In this document: positions 30,301 to 45,300 of the stretch, piece by piece | How positions within the stretch are numbered: position 1 is the first letter of the stretch | How the letters are laid out: each line of letters begins with the position of its first letter | Source: Nemertoderma westbladi | Lineage: Eukaryota; Animalia; Xenacoelomorpha | Length of the DNA: 64,000 bases | Direction: 5' to 3' | Assembly: GCA_032718475.1 (NCBI GenBank) | Contig: JAUCBJ010007943.1 | Coordinates: 1 to 64,000 of the forward strand | Translations under genes and position numbers: made by a program | The notes under the pieces: generated by a model | The model's input: only the letters and a program-made list of their open reading frames with translations | The model's database searches: none | Told to the model about the DNA's origin: nothing

Positions 30301-33300
30301 GCATTATTTGTTCACCTTATGCCTCCTTTCCACTTATTACTTTTTATTATAAGTTTTACTTGCATTATATTTCAGATTCAACCCGGGGGTAACCTAGTAC
30401 TGAACCCCGTTCAGATGTCTGACGCCGGTAGCTACATATGCATTGCACAGAACTCCGCCGGTACCAGAAGAAGTTCTTCTGGATTCCTCATAGTCCAAGG
30501 TAAATCCAATTAATATTCTATAAACTCATCAAATAGCTCTTTGATTAATTCATTCCTATTGTGAGTTTGAGATATATCCCCTCCTCCTTCAGTAATATAG
30601 ATTTATCGGTTTATCTGATAGTGTGCCTCTGTGCTATTTGCTCTACTATAGGTGCTATTCATCACTATATTCCCCGCCAACTATCCCATATTCTCCCTAC
30701 CCCAACCAATTATTATCCAACACGGCACGGAACCCCCCTGTCGCATTGTCACGTCATTCTTTATTCATTCCGCTTTTTAGCTTTGTATAATTTTTTCAAA
30801 GTTACTGTAGTTTTCCAAGCGGGGCGGGCGAGGGGAGGGGGGGGGGGCTTCTCTAATTTGCCATGTGTCTTGAATCCTAAGATAACCGGAAGATGTTAAT
30901 ACACTAGAAAAAAACGTCAGAAATACTGAACATTTTAAAAAAGTCCTCTGGGCTACGTTACTTCACTAAAAGTATAATACTGCAATTAATTAAGCGATAC
31001 TGTTAATCGGATGTTAGAATCCCATTAAGCTCACGTGCTCATGCTCACCCAGCATGCGGCTTCTACAAAGGGTATAAGGGTACGAAAAATATCCATTAAA
31101 TACACAGTATATATCGGTGGCATTTCTTTTTCTTATTCGCAAACTTGTTGTATGTGGTATAATACTACGTGGTATGGTGGTATATGGCTCATACCTTGTT
31201 TCAATGTTGTTATAGAACTTATAACGTTTTGAGCTCAACGAGTTCCATTGCTGAAGTTCTGGGTGGCTCCCACCCCACATTATATGGATTTTGATAGAGG
31301 AGGCCTTGAGAATTCCCTAAGTTCCATCTTCACATAATCAAACTAATAGCCTAAAAGCCTTGCTTGTTGACAAGCCTTGGCTTTTATCATCGATACTCGC
31401 CGCTCCACAACGAACGAGCCTCCCTGAAACAGCACGCATTTGTTATAGTCGCGTAAATGCAGCTCAATCCATATAAATAGTGTACTTTAATCACGTGCTA
31501 ACCCCCAGTCAGTATGCCCCCTAATCACTCGATGAATCCTAACGCTCCATTAACTAATTAAACAGGCAACCAGTCTCAATGAGGTAGGCCGCGGTGCCAC
31601 GCTAAGGTTTCGCGCGACTATCCTTGTCTCTTTATTTATTCGGATATTTTACAATTTTGATCAATTAGCGATCGGTCGCTATACCCGCGGTGGCTTCACG
31701 CAACGCCGATGTTTGTGGAAGATCAGCAAATTGGGCCAATCAGAGGATCCTCCGTAATTTTTTTTGATTACGTTTACCATCAACCTGGATCTTTGATGTT
31801 TTCTTTGATGTCCAATGAGAGTCCATTTGGGTGGATATGGTCATATGTTGGTGATGATCTTGTGGTCCACGATAGTTTGTTGTTTGGCGATTGTCGGGTT
31901 TATTGGTGATACTTAATATTACTTAGATTTGTTGTTTTCAATACTTTGAGTGCTCTCTCATGCCGGCCTTGTATCCCCTCAGAGAATTAGTAAACACTGC
32001 AATATAAATCGGAATGCAGCTGTCACTGCGGAGGTATTGGCTAGCTGCTTAAAAAAACAACAGCCGATAATTAGGTCCGTGAATACCTGCTGTTATTTTG
32101 CAGTTCAGCCACACATCAGACAACAACATGGTCAACACCCCGCTCAGCTAGCGCCTGTCTGTCTGAGTGCGAATAACAATAGTCCAGGGCAGCATTCAAC
32201 GAGACTTTGAAAAAATAACCATTAATGGTAAACACGTTCCTACATCTCAGAAACTAACTCATGCGTTTTCATATTATATGGACGCGTCTGCTGCTCTTGT
32301 TATGGATTCTAATGACAATACGACTATAAAAAGAACGACTCATCTTATCATAAGACATTATTCCCAATCAGTTTGAGTTCCAAACTTGTGGTTGTCGCAG
32401 GTTTTACAATACTGAGAGTGAGTGACATGTTTAATATTGTCATTTATATTATTATAGATGGACCTTTCTTCACATTGACGCCTGTTGACCTCGTTGCTAA
32501 GCTACAACAAACAGTTACGTTCAACTGCGAAGCTAAAGGTGATCCGAACCCCACTATTACATGGGAGAAGGAAGACGGATATCTGTTACTAAACAACAGG
32601 TAGGATCTATGTTCCATCGATGGACTAATGGACTATCTATGAGGGTAGGGTGAAAAATTTTTTCGTTATTTGTTTGGAACCAAGGATTATTTTAATGCCA
32701 AATGCGGCACCAACCTCAGAAAAAATTTTATTTTGAAATATTTTAGACCGGGACTGAATAGCACTTACAATTTAGAAATGTGACGCAATTTTGGCAAAAT
32801 AATAAAATGAAAAGTGAAGTGCAAACATTGCATTTTTCGAAGAGTCAGATACTATCCCAACAATCCCACAGGAGTTTATAAAATATAGTGATTGAGTTAA
32901 TATTTTATGCCATTAGTTATAAATACATCCGATCTGATACACCATATCATATAAAGAGAACTGTACTACTGACTAACTATTACATAAACAGAACTGTACT
33001 ACTGACTAACTATTATATAAACAGAACTGTACTACTGACTAACTATTATATAAACAGAACTGTACTACTGACTAACTATTATATAAAGAGAACTGTACTA
33101 CTGACTAACTATTATATAAACAGAACTGTACTACTGACTAACTATTATATAAACAGAACTGTACTACTGACTAACTATTATATAAACAGAACTGTACTAC
33201 TGACTAACTATTATATAAACAGAACTGTACTACTGACTAACTATTATATAAACAGAACTGTACTACTGACTAACTATTATATAAACAGAACTGTACTACT

Positions 33301-36300
33301 GACTAACTATTATATAAACAGAACTGTACTACTGACTAACTATTATATAAACAGAACTGTACTACTGACTAACTATTATATAAACAGAACTGTACTACTG
33401 ACTAACTATTATATAAACAGAACTGTACTACTGAGTAACTATTATTTTGTCTTAGGATTATTATTAGCGAAGGATCGCTAATAATTAAAGACATTCAAGA
33501 GTCTGACAGTGGCAGGTACAAATGTGTAGCTAGTAACAACAAAGGGGTAATCGAGACCAAAGCTCGTCTTAGCGTACAAGCCACGCCGATATTCAACGAA
33601 AGACCCACTGATCAGGTACGTTGTTTAAACTTTCATGGAAACAACCTTTACAATTGTTTAATTACTTTCAGTTTTAATTTTTAATATGATTATTATAACT
33701 AGCAACTTATCTCACCGGGCAATGGCTAACAATTTATTACTTTACTTAAATTACTTTCAGTTCTGGTAAAGGTGACATTTCATTTGATTTGATTCCATCT
33801 GCTACATCAGGTTGTTGTAATGTAATCCCTTAGTTTTCCATGTGCAACTCAAGCTTATGTTAATGTTTCCAAAGTAAGCGCACTTCCACGCTATCTCGAA
33901 TACATTTGCATCTAATTATAATCTCGATATGCTAATAAATAGATAATAATGTCACCCATCTCTTTGATTCACAGATAGATACATTAATCATCTCCCTCGC
34001 TATTGGAATGACACCCCCGTAGTACCGGTAGCCAATGGATCGCATTTATTACGCGTAATCTTTGGATACGCATCAACGCACCACCACACATTTCTATTGT
34101 ATATTTACATATTATCTTTTCTTTAAAGTTACTGTCGTTTTCACAGCAAGGCATTTCTGTTGTTCACTAATTCGACAGAATTTTTGATAAGTTTCGAATT
34201 CTGGAATAATTTATGTTAATTTGTTCAACTTTATTTTTATGCTACGCGACTTGTTTTCTTGGATTCAATCTTTTTCAAATTTTACGTAAAATGTTCGCCA
34301 ATTTTTATTTCCCCACAGGTTGCAACTGTTGGCAGTAAAATCCAGTTTGATTGTAAAAGTGACGGACACAGTATATTCTGGAAAATCAAGGATAGAGAAT
34401 CGATGTTATTTACTAACAAAAAAGATGTAAGTAAAAAAATAATTTGTAGGTTTGAGAGTGTTAAGTTTTTACATCTAATTTTAGCAATTTGATATTGAAA
34501 ATATAAACATTTTAAAGGAGTTTGTCTACTGAGTCGCCATATCGAAAATGATACTGAATTCGAGTATTTCACTTTATGGTATATCATTATTTTCATAAAC
34601 CTACTCCTTTAAAGTGACCCTATATGAAATAATACATGTGTGTAATAGTACCAATAAAATATTTTGTGTCCAGGGGCGACACGAAGTCTCGAGTGAAGGT
34701 GACCTCATCATCAGGGACATTCAACTCAACGACCGCGGTTACTACGTCTGCCAGATATTCAGTTCCGTCGTCATGGGAACAAACGAAGCCAAAGTCTTCC
34801 TCGACGTGTTGGCGACCAATCAGGATCTCCCGCCGATCATCGAAGTCGGGCCAGCCAATCACACGGTTGGGTTGGGGGGTGTCGCCATGATGCCGTGCGT
34901 CGCTTCCGGTGGGGATGACGTAGCCGTCCGGTGAGTAATCTAGTTACCATAGCAACCGGATTACTGTATGTATATTCAGATAATTCATTCACTCATTCAA
35001 ATCTAAATCATTTCAGTTATGCGCCAGTGAAACTCTGGAGTGGAATTATTATCGATATTGTTCACCATTCCGACAATTGGCGAAATAAATTTAAATTGTT
35101 ACAAAACTATATCATCTTCTCAGCGGAATTAATAACTGTAGGACTATCGAATCTTTAATGACACATACTGTACATCGGCATATGTACATACTACACATAC
35201 ACATGCACATACTGTGCATAAGCCTTCCTTTATCACTCGAAGGTTCTCTCATTATTCCCATTTATTAACGATTCTGTTGGAATTGTCTCTTTATGCATCA
35301 CAGCTTCCCGTCTTTCGCCCTGGAGGCGCCATCCCATTCATATTAAAGCGCAGGAAAAATAAGTTGACACTTGGAAAATTGAAAGTCCAGTAACGTATAG
35401 CTGTATCAAGGATTATCGCGTTTCAATTGAAAAATCCCCTGCGAAGGGAGACGTGATATGATTACCAATTGAGCATCCCTCCTAGAATTCCTTGCTTCTC
35501 TTCCCAAGGAAGGAGTTGCTACCTATCCATCCGTAGCCATCATCCCTCACTACAATCACTGGTATTAATTCCCGCGCGCCATTAATTATCACAATCCGAT
35601 CCACCTCCGACCCATCTGCTTACCCTATTTCTGTGTAGCTGTACCGGTAGGTTACCTGGTAAATGAATCAACCTGTTGCCTTTCCCAGACTGTTCGACGC
35701 CCTCGAGTTATTGCTAACTTCCTTGCGATTCCATTACCGACGGTAAGAACAAAAAGAACAGATTAAATTTCCATGTCGAACAAAATGCCAATCATCTCAG
35801 TCACAAAGTTCTATCATTCCGGTGTTGTGATTGCGCTGTAGCATTCATTTATTGTCGTTTGTTGAGAATTGGGAACAATTTATTAAAATAAATATTCAAA
35901 ATACATTGCGGAGTGAGCCAGTTAGGTATCAACTATTTTTTTTAATAGTTGTGGTGATATTTTTATAACGTTTCGTTCACATCTTTGACATAAACTTTGA
36001 TTTTCATGAAATATTTTTGCTTTTTTAGTTGGGATAAAGATGGTCACACTATGGACGCCCGGTACACCCAAGATAAACGGATTGTTCTACATCATTCTGG
36101 AACGTTGCAAATATCGAAACTTCAACCTGAGGATTCCGGTGTATACACTTGCATAGCAACCAGGTAAGCCAACAATTTACATAGCAACGCGGTCAACACG
36201 AATACACATTACTTACTTTATTTCATCCCTCTCACATTTCCCGCATTTGATGAAGTTTCTTGATTCCGTACACGGGACTCCTAGTTGTCTCACTTACTAT

Positions 36301-39300
36301 CGCTTTAGACTATTGATTATAATTTCCAAAGTGATTGGAATTTGTTTAGTGTTCTCGATAGTCATCAGGCACAATTATTTGTGTTCTACTTGGTTTTGTT
36401 GATAGTTCAGTAAGTTAGTTTGCAAGCACTCAGCACTTTTTATCGCTGAGTTCTCAAAAAGAGAGCACCTCTGCATTAAGGAAATAAATTCCCCCTCCTG
36501 ACTGTATTTTTATATTTTTATTTATATAGTAATTGTAATATAAGTAAATTAAGATGAGTAGTTATGAAAATGAGGGTTATGAGGGCAAAACAAAATAGTA
36601 ATCTGGATACAAATGAAAAGGGAAATACATCTATTGTTTAGAAACACTATCAATGCTCATTTCACTTCCATAAGCCACCGCTACGTTACAAACTAAAATA
36701 CGTTTTTATTGCACACTTTTTGCCCCCCCCCCCCCCCCCCTCCTTGTGCCGCTGTTTTACCACTCAACATTTCTTCTATTCTAGCACCTCCGGGGAGACC
36801 CAATGGTCGGCGCAGCTGGACGTCCACGATCCCGGACTGATCTTCGGTCTCGAGATGTCGTCGCCGGGCCGCGAGTTGCATCCGGGGCCGCCGACCGACC
36901 TCGCGGTGCGGGGCGTCGCAGCTCGGGCGGTCAGACTGGTCTGGGCCCCCCCGACCGAGTCTGGCGGCTCCAGGGTCACCGGCTACCGAGCCGAGTTCTA
37001 CTCGCCCGATCGCAGACAGACCTGGGTTTATCTCGACCGATTCGCAACCGAGAACGAGTTTACCATTCTAGGATTGGAACCCGAAGTTACCTATGAGTTT
37101 GTCGTGAGGGCAGTCAACCGCTTTGGATTTAGGTAAGTCAAGTCGATGATTTATTATTTTGTCATTTCTTTATAATCATATAATCTGACAGTCACATTTT
37201 CAACTCAAATTAACTAATTAGCAAAACATTTTCGCTCGCTACGCTCTCATTTCCCATTATATCGTTTTACACGATGGTATATTTGATTATTCTTATGATT
37301 ACACTCGCATTTCTATGTTTAAATGCACGAGTTAAATTTATGATTGCAAAATGCCGGTTTCTAACGTCTTTCGCGTAGTACATGCTTCTATCCTCCCTTC
37401 TACCTTCGCTCATAAGTCATTAATTATTTCGTACAATTCATCCGTGCAATCCTAATATTCATAAATTCCACGAATATTCCGGAGTCACTGAATTAAACCC
37501 TCTAGTATCCTTCTTCATTCACTTCCGAGTTCCGAGACCAATTTACCCGCTTTCACGCAGTCAGCCCCGGGTGTATCTGAACCAAGAGCCCGAGCATCCA
37601 CTGTCCGCAACTCCCTCGGGGAAACTGATTTCCATTCAAACCCACTTCGTTTGTGAACAGGAAAGTGGTGGGAAACTCGATTTACTGTAACTTCCAAAGA
37701 GAACTCTCTGCTTTTCCTCTGGTCTCGCGGGATTTCCACTCGCGCTGCAACCCATGGACCGAGTGATCTATCACCGCTGGCGATAATTTAAACTTGGGGT
37801 TTGTTATCAGTGGAGGCCGCAGGGTAGCTCGCCCAGTGCACAGGCATGAAGGGCACTCTACGCCAAATACGGTTATCCATAACCCGAGGCAGTTTAACGC
37901 GATAAAAAAAACCCTAAAGAATTCCCGCAGATAAGGAAAGTAGGGAATTTCTGCGTCTCGTGCAATCGGATGGCCGTATTAATGGTGGGTGACCCGAGGA
38001 ATATTTGTTGTGGATTAGGAATCTCTTAGTGGGATTAGTTGCAGAGATGGCGGGAGTTTGGGATAACAGAGAGTAAAGCGTTGTTAAGCGTGCGTGATAA
38101 ACTCGAGTTGTATCGCAAAGAAAGCTCATAGGGGTAGAGTGGAGGAGAGGAGTTGATTCTTTTAAATTGACTCGCATCCTAAACCACTTGAAAACCAGAG
38201 TTCCATAACTTTATTGTATCTTCATTGATGGCCTTTTTGGCCCCATTATTACTGTAGTTGTGTGCAAGGTATATCGTAGAGATACTGTATATTAATCAGC
38301 TGGTGTAATATTGAAAGTTTTTAATTTATTTTTTTTTTGTTAATAATAGATATAGATTTTTTTTAGTAAAATTTTCTCCACTTTTGAGATCATTCTAATT
38401 GTAAAAATATTTATTTTCCAGTGTTCCTAGCATGCTATCTCCACCGGTAACCACTCACGCCGATGTCCACAGCTTACCTTCCCTCCAGCTGTACCGGACC
38501 CAGGATAAGGAATCAGTGCAACGCAACCTGTACGTGATTGGTCTGTCGCTACGGAAATCAGCTGCGGTTAACAGCACCGCCTTGCGGCTGAACTGGCACG
38601 TCACTCGTCATCAGGAATACGTTGAAGGCTTCTTTATCAAGTTTAAGAGTCAATATTCTGACCAGTAAGTAAAGTAAACCAATTCGCATGACATTTTTAA
38701 CTACGTTCATATAGGACGACATAGTAGTAGCTTTCTATTTTGGAATAATTATTATTTTGTTCTTCTGTTTATCACCAACTAACAACAATAATTTTTACGG
38801 TGTCCGGTTGGAATAACCATTTCTTATATATTTTCTACATTTTTTTTAGATGGCAAAGTAAAATAGTATCAAACCGATTAGCGCGAACAGTGGAAATTGT
38901 CGGATTGAATAAATTTACTTCCTATCAGCTCCACATACAGGCCTTCTACAGAAAGTATAGAAGTATGGAAAGCGACTCTGTAACTATCGAAACGTACGAG
39001 GATGGTGAGTCCACAAATCTGTAATTCATTTTATAATGTGTTGAAATAATAATTATTAAGCTGAAATAACATATTATTACATTGTTTATTAGGTAAACGG
39101 TACCAATATCTCATTTCGGTCTCTCTTTTCAATATTTCGTATTTTCTTTGTAAATATCCTGAATCTACTTTTTCGACAATATAATAATTTGTATTTAACA
39201 AAATAAAAATAATTTTAAGACTAGATTGTGCAATTATTGTCGCACGCAATATATTGAATGCACCTATTTTTGAATTTCCCTCCCTCAGTTCCCTCAGCGC

Positions 39301-42300
39301 CCCCTAGAGACGTCCGCATGTACACAGACACCCATGGCGACCTCATTATCGAATGGCTTCCCCCGCCCCCGGAGTCGCTGAACGGGCGCCTCCAAGGTTA
39401 CCTCGTGTGGTTGGAGTCTGTGGACGGGGATGGTATCCGTAACGGCACGGTAGCTAACGATACCGTCAGTATGATAGTCAGTGGTGTAGTCGAGGATGGT
39501 GCCGACTACAGGGTCACTGTAGCGGCCTTTACTAACGCAGATGGACACGGTGAAAAGAGTCAATATGTTTATCTTAGCCAATGTAAGTTGATATTAATAT
39601 GTTTATAATATTATCAGGTTTGATAGTAACATTTACTACTTACTGTAGGGTGTGTAGTGTGTAGACGTAAAATAGTACTTTGGACTTAGATTGTACGCTC
39701 TGATCTAATGCTTTACTCTAATGATGATTTAATTTATCTAGTCGGTAAGAAATCTGACTCTGATGTTGGCTCAACGTTCAGACAGCCCTGGTTCATCGCT
39801 ATCCTCGGATCCGTTCTGTGGTGCATTCTTCTGGCGTTATCTGTATGGATCTACTGCCGGCATCGGAGAAGAAAAAGGAAACACTCAACTCTAAGGTATG
39901 CAGTTGGAAAACAGGTCCTAACCAACATCGGTGTACTCTTTATTTATTGTTTGTCTACTTGTATACACGTTTCCATTCTGTTAATGACAACTTACTGATA
40001 TGGGTAAATACATTATTGATACACAATATACTATCAGTTTTAATCATTTCGGTAGGACCACTTTTACTTCCCATTTTATCATTCGTTAATTTCTTTTACT
40101 TTAATGTAGATACAGAGACGTGGCAGGTACGGATTATGAGTTAGCGAGACTGGGAGGTGAAGGAAGCAGTGTTGGAACTGGTGGTGATAGTGGCCAATGC
40201 CAGGGCGGAGCTAATGGAACATGTTCAGGTGAGCTTTGGGATTTGGGATTTGAGCTTCGGGAATTAAAGCTGTTATGAAAATAACTAAATTGTTTTAAAT
40301 ATGATTCGACATCTTTACATTCTTAAATGTAGCCCCCTATAGATTTCTTTTTAATAATAATTTTTGTAATTGTTTATACCTTCAGACAACATTAAACAAG
40401 ACCCGGACTTACTGGAAGTCCAGTTACCGTTTTACGACAAATGCCTCAATATAACAACATCGCCACTGGAACAATTCCGTATGAAAGGTTATTGGTAAGT
40501 CTATATCCATTATCTTATAAATTATAATTTGTCTTACCTGACTATAACAACTAATGAAATGTCGAATAATTTAAGATTTTCTCAATTTTAATTAAATATT
40601 AAGTAAACTTGTTCCGCAGTCTATTGTCTATCTTATTTGTTTTTAATTAAATAATAATTCGTCGCCTATTTTGGTCTATATTTACTACGTTGTGTTTATT
40701 TTAGCCAAGAATACTCCGAGATAGACCCCCGCACTCAGTCACTGCTGTGTACCTCGACCGCACCTTCCAGCTTCCATCCCTCCATCGCCGCCTACGCCGC
40801 TACTGACCTACTGCAGAGGAACCTGTTCCAACGGGCGACCCCCGATAAAGGGATGGACCTCAAGGAACCCGTCTCCGACGCTATGTACCACGCAGATCCC
40901 ATGGGGGGCGCTTCTTACTATACAGACGCCAAGGGCAGTCCGATGTACCAAACCCTCGATGAAAGTGAGTTATTCGCCTATATTATTAATTATTCGCCTA
41001 TTAATTAGTCTATATTAATATAATAAAGTTTTTGTTTTGTTTATGTTAACTTTACAGTCACATTTTAATATTAATTAGCGCATTAATGTTGAGCTGTTTT
41101 TGGCATGGCATTTTAGTTTTGCAGGTAATAATTCATTTTGATGTATTTTATAACATTTATTAATTTCTCTATAGTAATATTATTCGTGCGTTTGAGCAAT
41201 GTGTATATAGTATTTCTTGTGTTTGGGCACTGCAGACTAATACTCAATGTTTGTTTGTCCTTTCCATTGTTCCGTGTGTAGTTCAAGATGATTCCAGCAC
41301 CACTACCAACCCCATATATCGACGCAGTTCTGTGATTGGCTGCAGTAACTGTAGCCTGGAGAATGTTCGTAAACCAGGTAGGTGACCCTCTAAAAACGGG
41401 GCCGTTGGACATTGTTATTTCCAATTATTATTTCCCATTGTTATTTCCCATTGTTCTTTCCCATTGTTATTTCTCCTTGTTATTTCCCTTTGTTATTCCC
41501 CTTTTTTCATTGTTATTTCCCCTTGTTATTTCCCATTGTTATTTCCCATTGTTATTTCCCATTGTTCTTTCCCATTGTTATTTCTCCTTGTTATTTCCCT
41601 TTGTTATTCCCCTTTTTTTATTGTTATTTCCCCTTGTAATTTCCCTTTGTTATTCCCCTTTTTTCATTGTTATTTCCCCTTGTTATTTCCCATTGTTATT
41701 TCCCTTTGTTATTTCCCATTGTTATTTCCCCTTGTTATTTCCCATTGTTATTTCCCTTTGTTATTCCCCTTTTTTCATTGTTATCCCTTTGTTATTTCCC
41801 ATTGTTATTTCCGATTGTTATTCCCCTTTGTTATTTCCCCTTGTTATTTCCGATTGTTATTTCCCTTTGTTCTTTCCCATTGTTATTTCTCCTTGTTATT
41901 TCCCTTTGTTATTTCCGATTGTTATTTCCCATTTTTATTACCAATTGTTATTTCCCTTTGTTATTTCCCATTGTAATTTCCCTTTGTTATTTCCCATTGT
42001 TATTTCCCATTGTTATTTCCCTTTGTTATTCCCCTTTTTTCATTGTTATTTCCCCTTGTTATTTCCCATTGTTATTTCCCTTTGTTATTTCCCATTGTAA
42101 TTTCCCTTTGTTATTTCACATTGTTATTTCCCATTGTTATTTCCCTTTGTTATTCCCCTTTTTTCATTGTTATTTCCCCTTGTTATTTCCAATTGTTATT
42201 TCCCTTTGTTATTTCCCATTGTTATTTCCCATTGTTATTTCCCTTTGTTATTCCCCTTTTTTCATTGTTATCCCTTTGTTATTTCCCATTGTTATTCCCC

Positions 42301-45300
42301 TTTGTTATTTCCCCTTGTTATTTCCGATTGTTATTTCCCTTTGTTCTTTCCCATTGTTATTTCTCCTTGTTATTTCCCATTGTTATTTCCCATTGTTATT
42401 TCCATTTGTTATTCCCCTTTTTTCATTGTTATCCCTTTGTTATTTCCCATTGTTATTCCCCTTTGTTATTTCCCCTTGTTATTTCCGATTGTTATTTCCC
42501 TTTGTTCTTTCCCATTGTTATTTCCCTTTGTTATTTCCCATTGTAATTTCCCTTTGTTATTTCCCATTGTTATTTCCCATTGTTATTTCCCTTTGTTATT
42601 CCCCTTTTTTCATTGTTATTTCCCCTTGTTATTTCCCATTGTTATTTCCCTTTGTTATTTCCCATTGTAATTTCCCTTTGTTATTTCCCATTGTTATTTC
42701 CCATTGTTATTTCCCTTTGTTATTCCCCTTTTTTCATTGTTATTTCCCCTTGTTATTTCCAATTGTTATTTCCCTTTGTTATTTCCCATTGTTATTTCCC
42801 ATTGTTATTTCCCTTTGTTATTCCCCTTTTTTCATTGTTATCCCTTTGTTATTTCCCATTGTTATTCCCCCATTGTTATTTCCCCTTGTTATTTCCGATT
42901 GTTATTTCCCATTTTTATTACCAATTGTTATTTCCCTTTGTTATTTCCCATTGTAATTTCCCTTTGTTATTTCCCATTGTTATTTCCCATTGTTATTTCC
43001 CTTTGTTATTCCCCTTTTTTCATTGTTATTTCCCCTTGTTATTTCCCATTGTTATTTCCCTTTGTTATTTCCCATTGTAATTTCCCTTTGTTATTTCCCA
43101 TTGTTATTTCCCATTGTTATTTCCCTTTGTTATTCCCCTTTTTTCATTGTTATTTCCCCTTGTTATTTCCAATTGTTATTTCCCTTTGTTATTTCCCATT
43201 GTTATTTCCCATTGTTATTTCCCTTTGTTATTCCCCTTTTTTCATTGTTATTTCCCCTTGTTATTTCCCATTGTTATTTCCCCTTGTTATTTCCCCTTGT
43301 TATTTCCCATTGTTATTTCCCCTTGTTATTTCCCATTGTTATTTCCCTTTGTTATTTCCCATTGTAATTTCCCTTTGTTATTTCCGATTGTTATTTCCCT
43401 TTGTTATTTCCCTTTGTTATTTCCCATTGTTATTTCACATTGTTATTTCCCTTTGTTATTCCCCTTTTTTCATTGTTATTTCCCCTTGTTATTTCCCATT
43501 GTTATTTCCCCTTGTTATTTCCCCTTGTTATTTCCCATTGTTATTTCCCCTTGTTATTTCCCATTGTTATTTCCCTTTGTTATTTCCCATTGTAATTTCC
43601 CTTTGTTATTTCCGATTGTTATTTCCCTTTGTTATTTCCCCTTGTTATTTCCGATTGTTATTTCCCTTTGTTCTTTCCCATTGTTATTTCTCCTTGTTAT
43701 TTCCCTTTGTTATTTCCGATTGTTATTTCCCATTTTTATTACCAATTGTTATTTCCCTTTGTTATTTCCCATTGTAATTTCCCTTTGTTATTTCCCATTG
43801 TTATTTCCCATTGTTATTTCCCTTTGTTATTCCCCTTTTTTCATTGTTATTTCCCCTTGTTATTTCCCATTGTTATTTCCCTTTGTTATTTCCCATTGTA
43901 ATTTCCCTTTGTTATTTCCCATTGTTATTTCCCATTGTTATTTCCCTTTGTTATTCCCCTTTTTTCATTGTTATTTCCCCTTGTTATTTCCAATTGTTAT
44001 TTCCCTTTGTTATTTCCCATTGTTATTTCCCATTGTTATTTCCCTTTGTTATTCCCCTTTTTTCATTGTTATTTCCCCTTGTTATTTCCCATTGTTATTT
44101 CCCTTTGTTATTTCCCATTGTAATTTCCCTTTGTTATTTCCCATTGTTATTTCCCATTGTTATTTCCCTTTGTTATTCCCCTTTTTTCATTGTTATTTCC
44201 CCTTGTTATTTCCAATTGTTATTTCCCTTTGTTATTTCCCATTGTTATTTCCCATTGTTATTTCCCTTTGTTATTCCCCTTTTTTCATTGTTATTTCCCA
44301 TTGTTATTTCCCTTTGTTATTCCCCTTTTTTCATTGTTATCCCTTTGTTATTTCCCATTGTTATTTCCCCTTGTTATTTCCCCTTGTTATTTCCCATTGT
44401 TATTTCCCCTTGTTATTTCCCATTGTTATTTCCCTTTGTTATTCCCCTTTTTTCATTGTTATCCCTTTGTTATTTCCCATTGTTATTTCCCCTTGTTATT
44501 TCCCCTTGTTATTTCCCATTGTTATTTCCCCTTGTTATTTCCTCTTGTAATTTCCCTTTGTTATTCCCCTTTTTCATTGTTATTTCCCCTTGTTATTTCC
44601 CATTGTTATTTCCCCTTGTTATTTCCCCTTGTTATTTCCCATTGTTATTTCCCCTTGTTATTTCCCATTGTAATTTCCCTTTGTTATTTCCGATTGTTAT
44701 TTCCAATCGTTATTTCCCATTGTTATTTCCCTTCGTTATTTCCCTTCGTTATTTCCCATTGTTATTTCCCCTTGTTATTTCCCATTGTAATTTCCCTTTG
44801 TTATTTCCGATTGTTATATCCCTTTGTTATTTCCCATTGTTATTTCCCTTCGTTATTTCCCCTTGTAATTTCCCTTTGTTATTTCCCTTTGTTATTCCCC
44901 TTTTTTCATAGTTATCCCTTTGTTATTTCCCATTGTTATTTCCCTTTGTTATTTCCCATTGTTATTTCCCCTTGTTATTTCCCATTGTTATTTCCCTTTG
45001 TTATTCCCCTTTTTTCATTGTTATCCCTTTGTTATTTCCCATTGTTATTTCCCTTTGTTATTTCCCATTGTTATTTCCCCTTGTTATTTCCCATTGTTAT
45101 TTCCCTTTGTTATTCCCCTTTTTTCATTGTTATCCCTTTGTTATTTCCCATTGTTATTCCCCTTTGTTATTTCCCCTTGTTATTTCCCTTTGTTATTTCC
45201 GATTGTTATTTCCCATTGTTATTTCCCTTTGTTATTCCCCTTTTTTCATTGTTATCCCTTTGTTATTTCCCATTGTTATTTCCCTTTGTTATTTCCCATT

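Noticed and set aside
32888-33481. 197-aa ORF (RTVLLTNYYIN)n
   Set aside because: Translation of the 33-bp intronic repeat; out of frame with exon 7.
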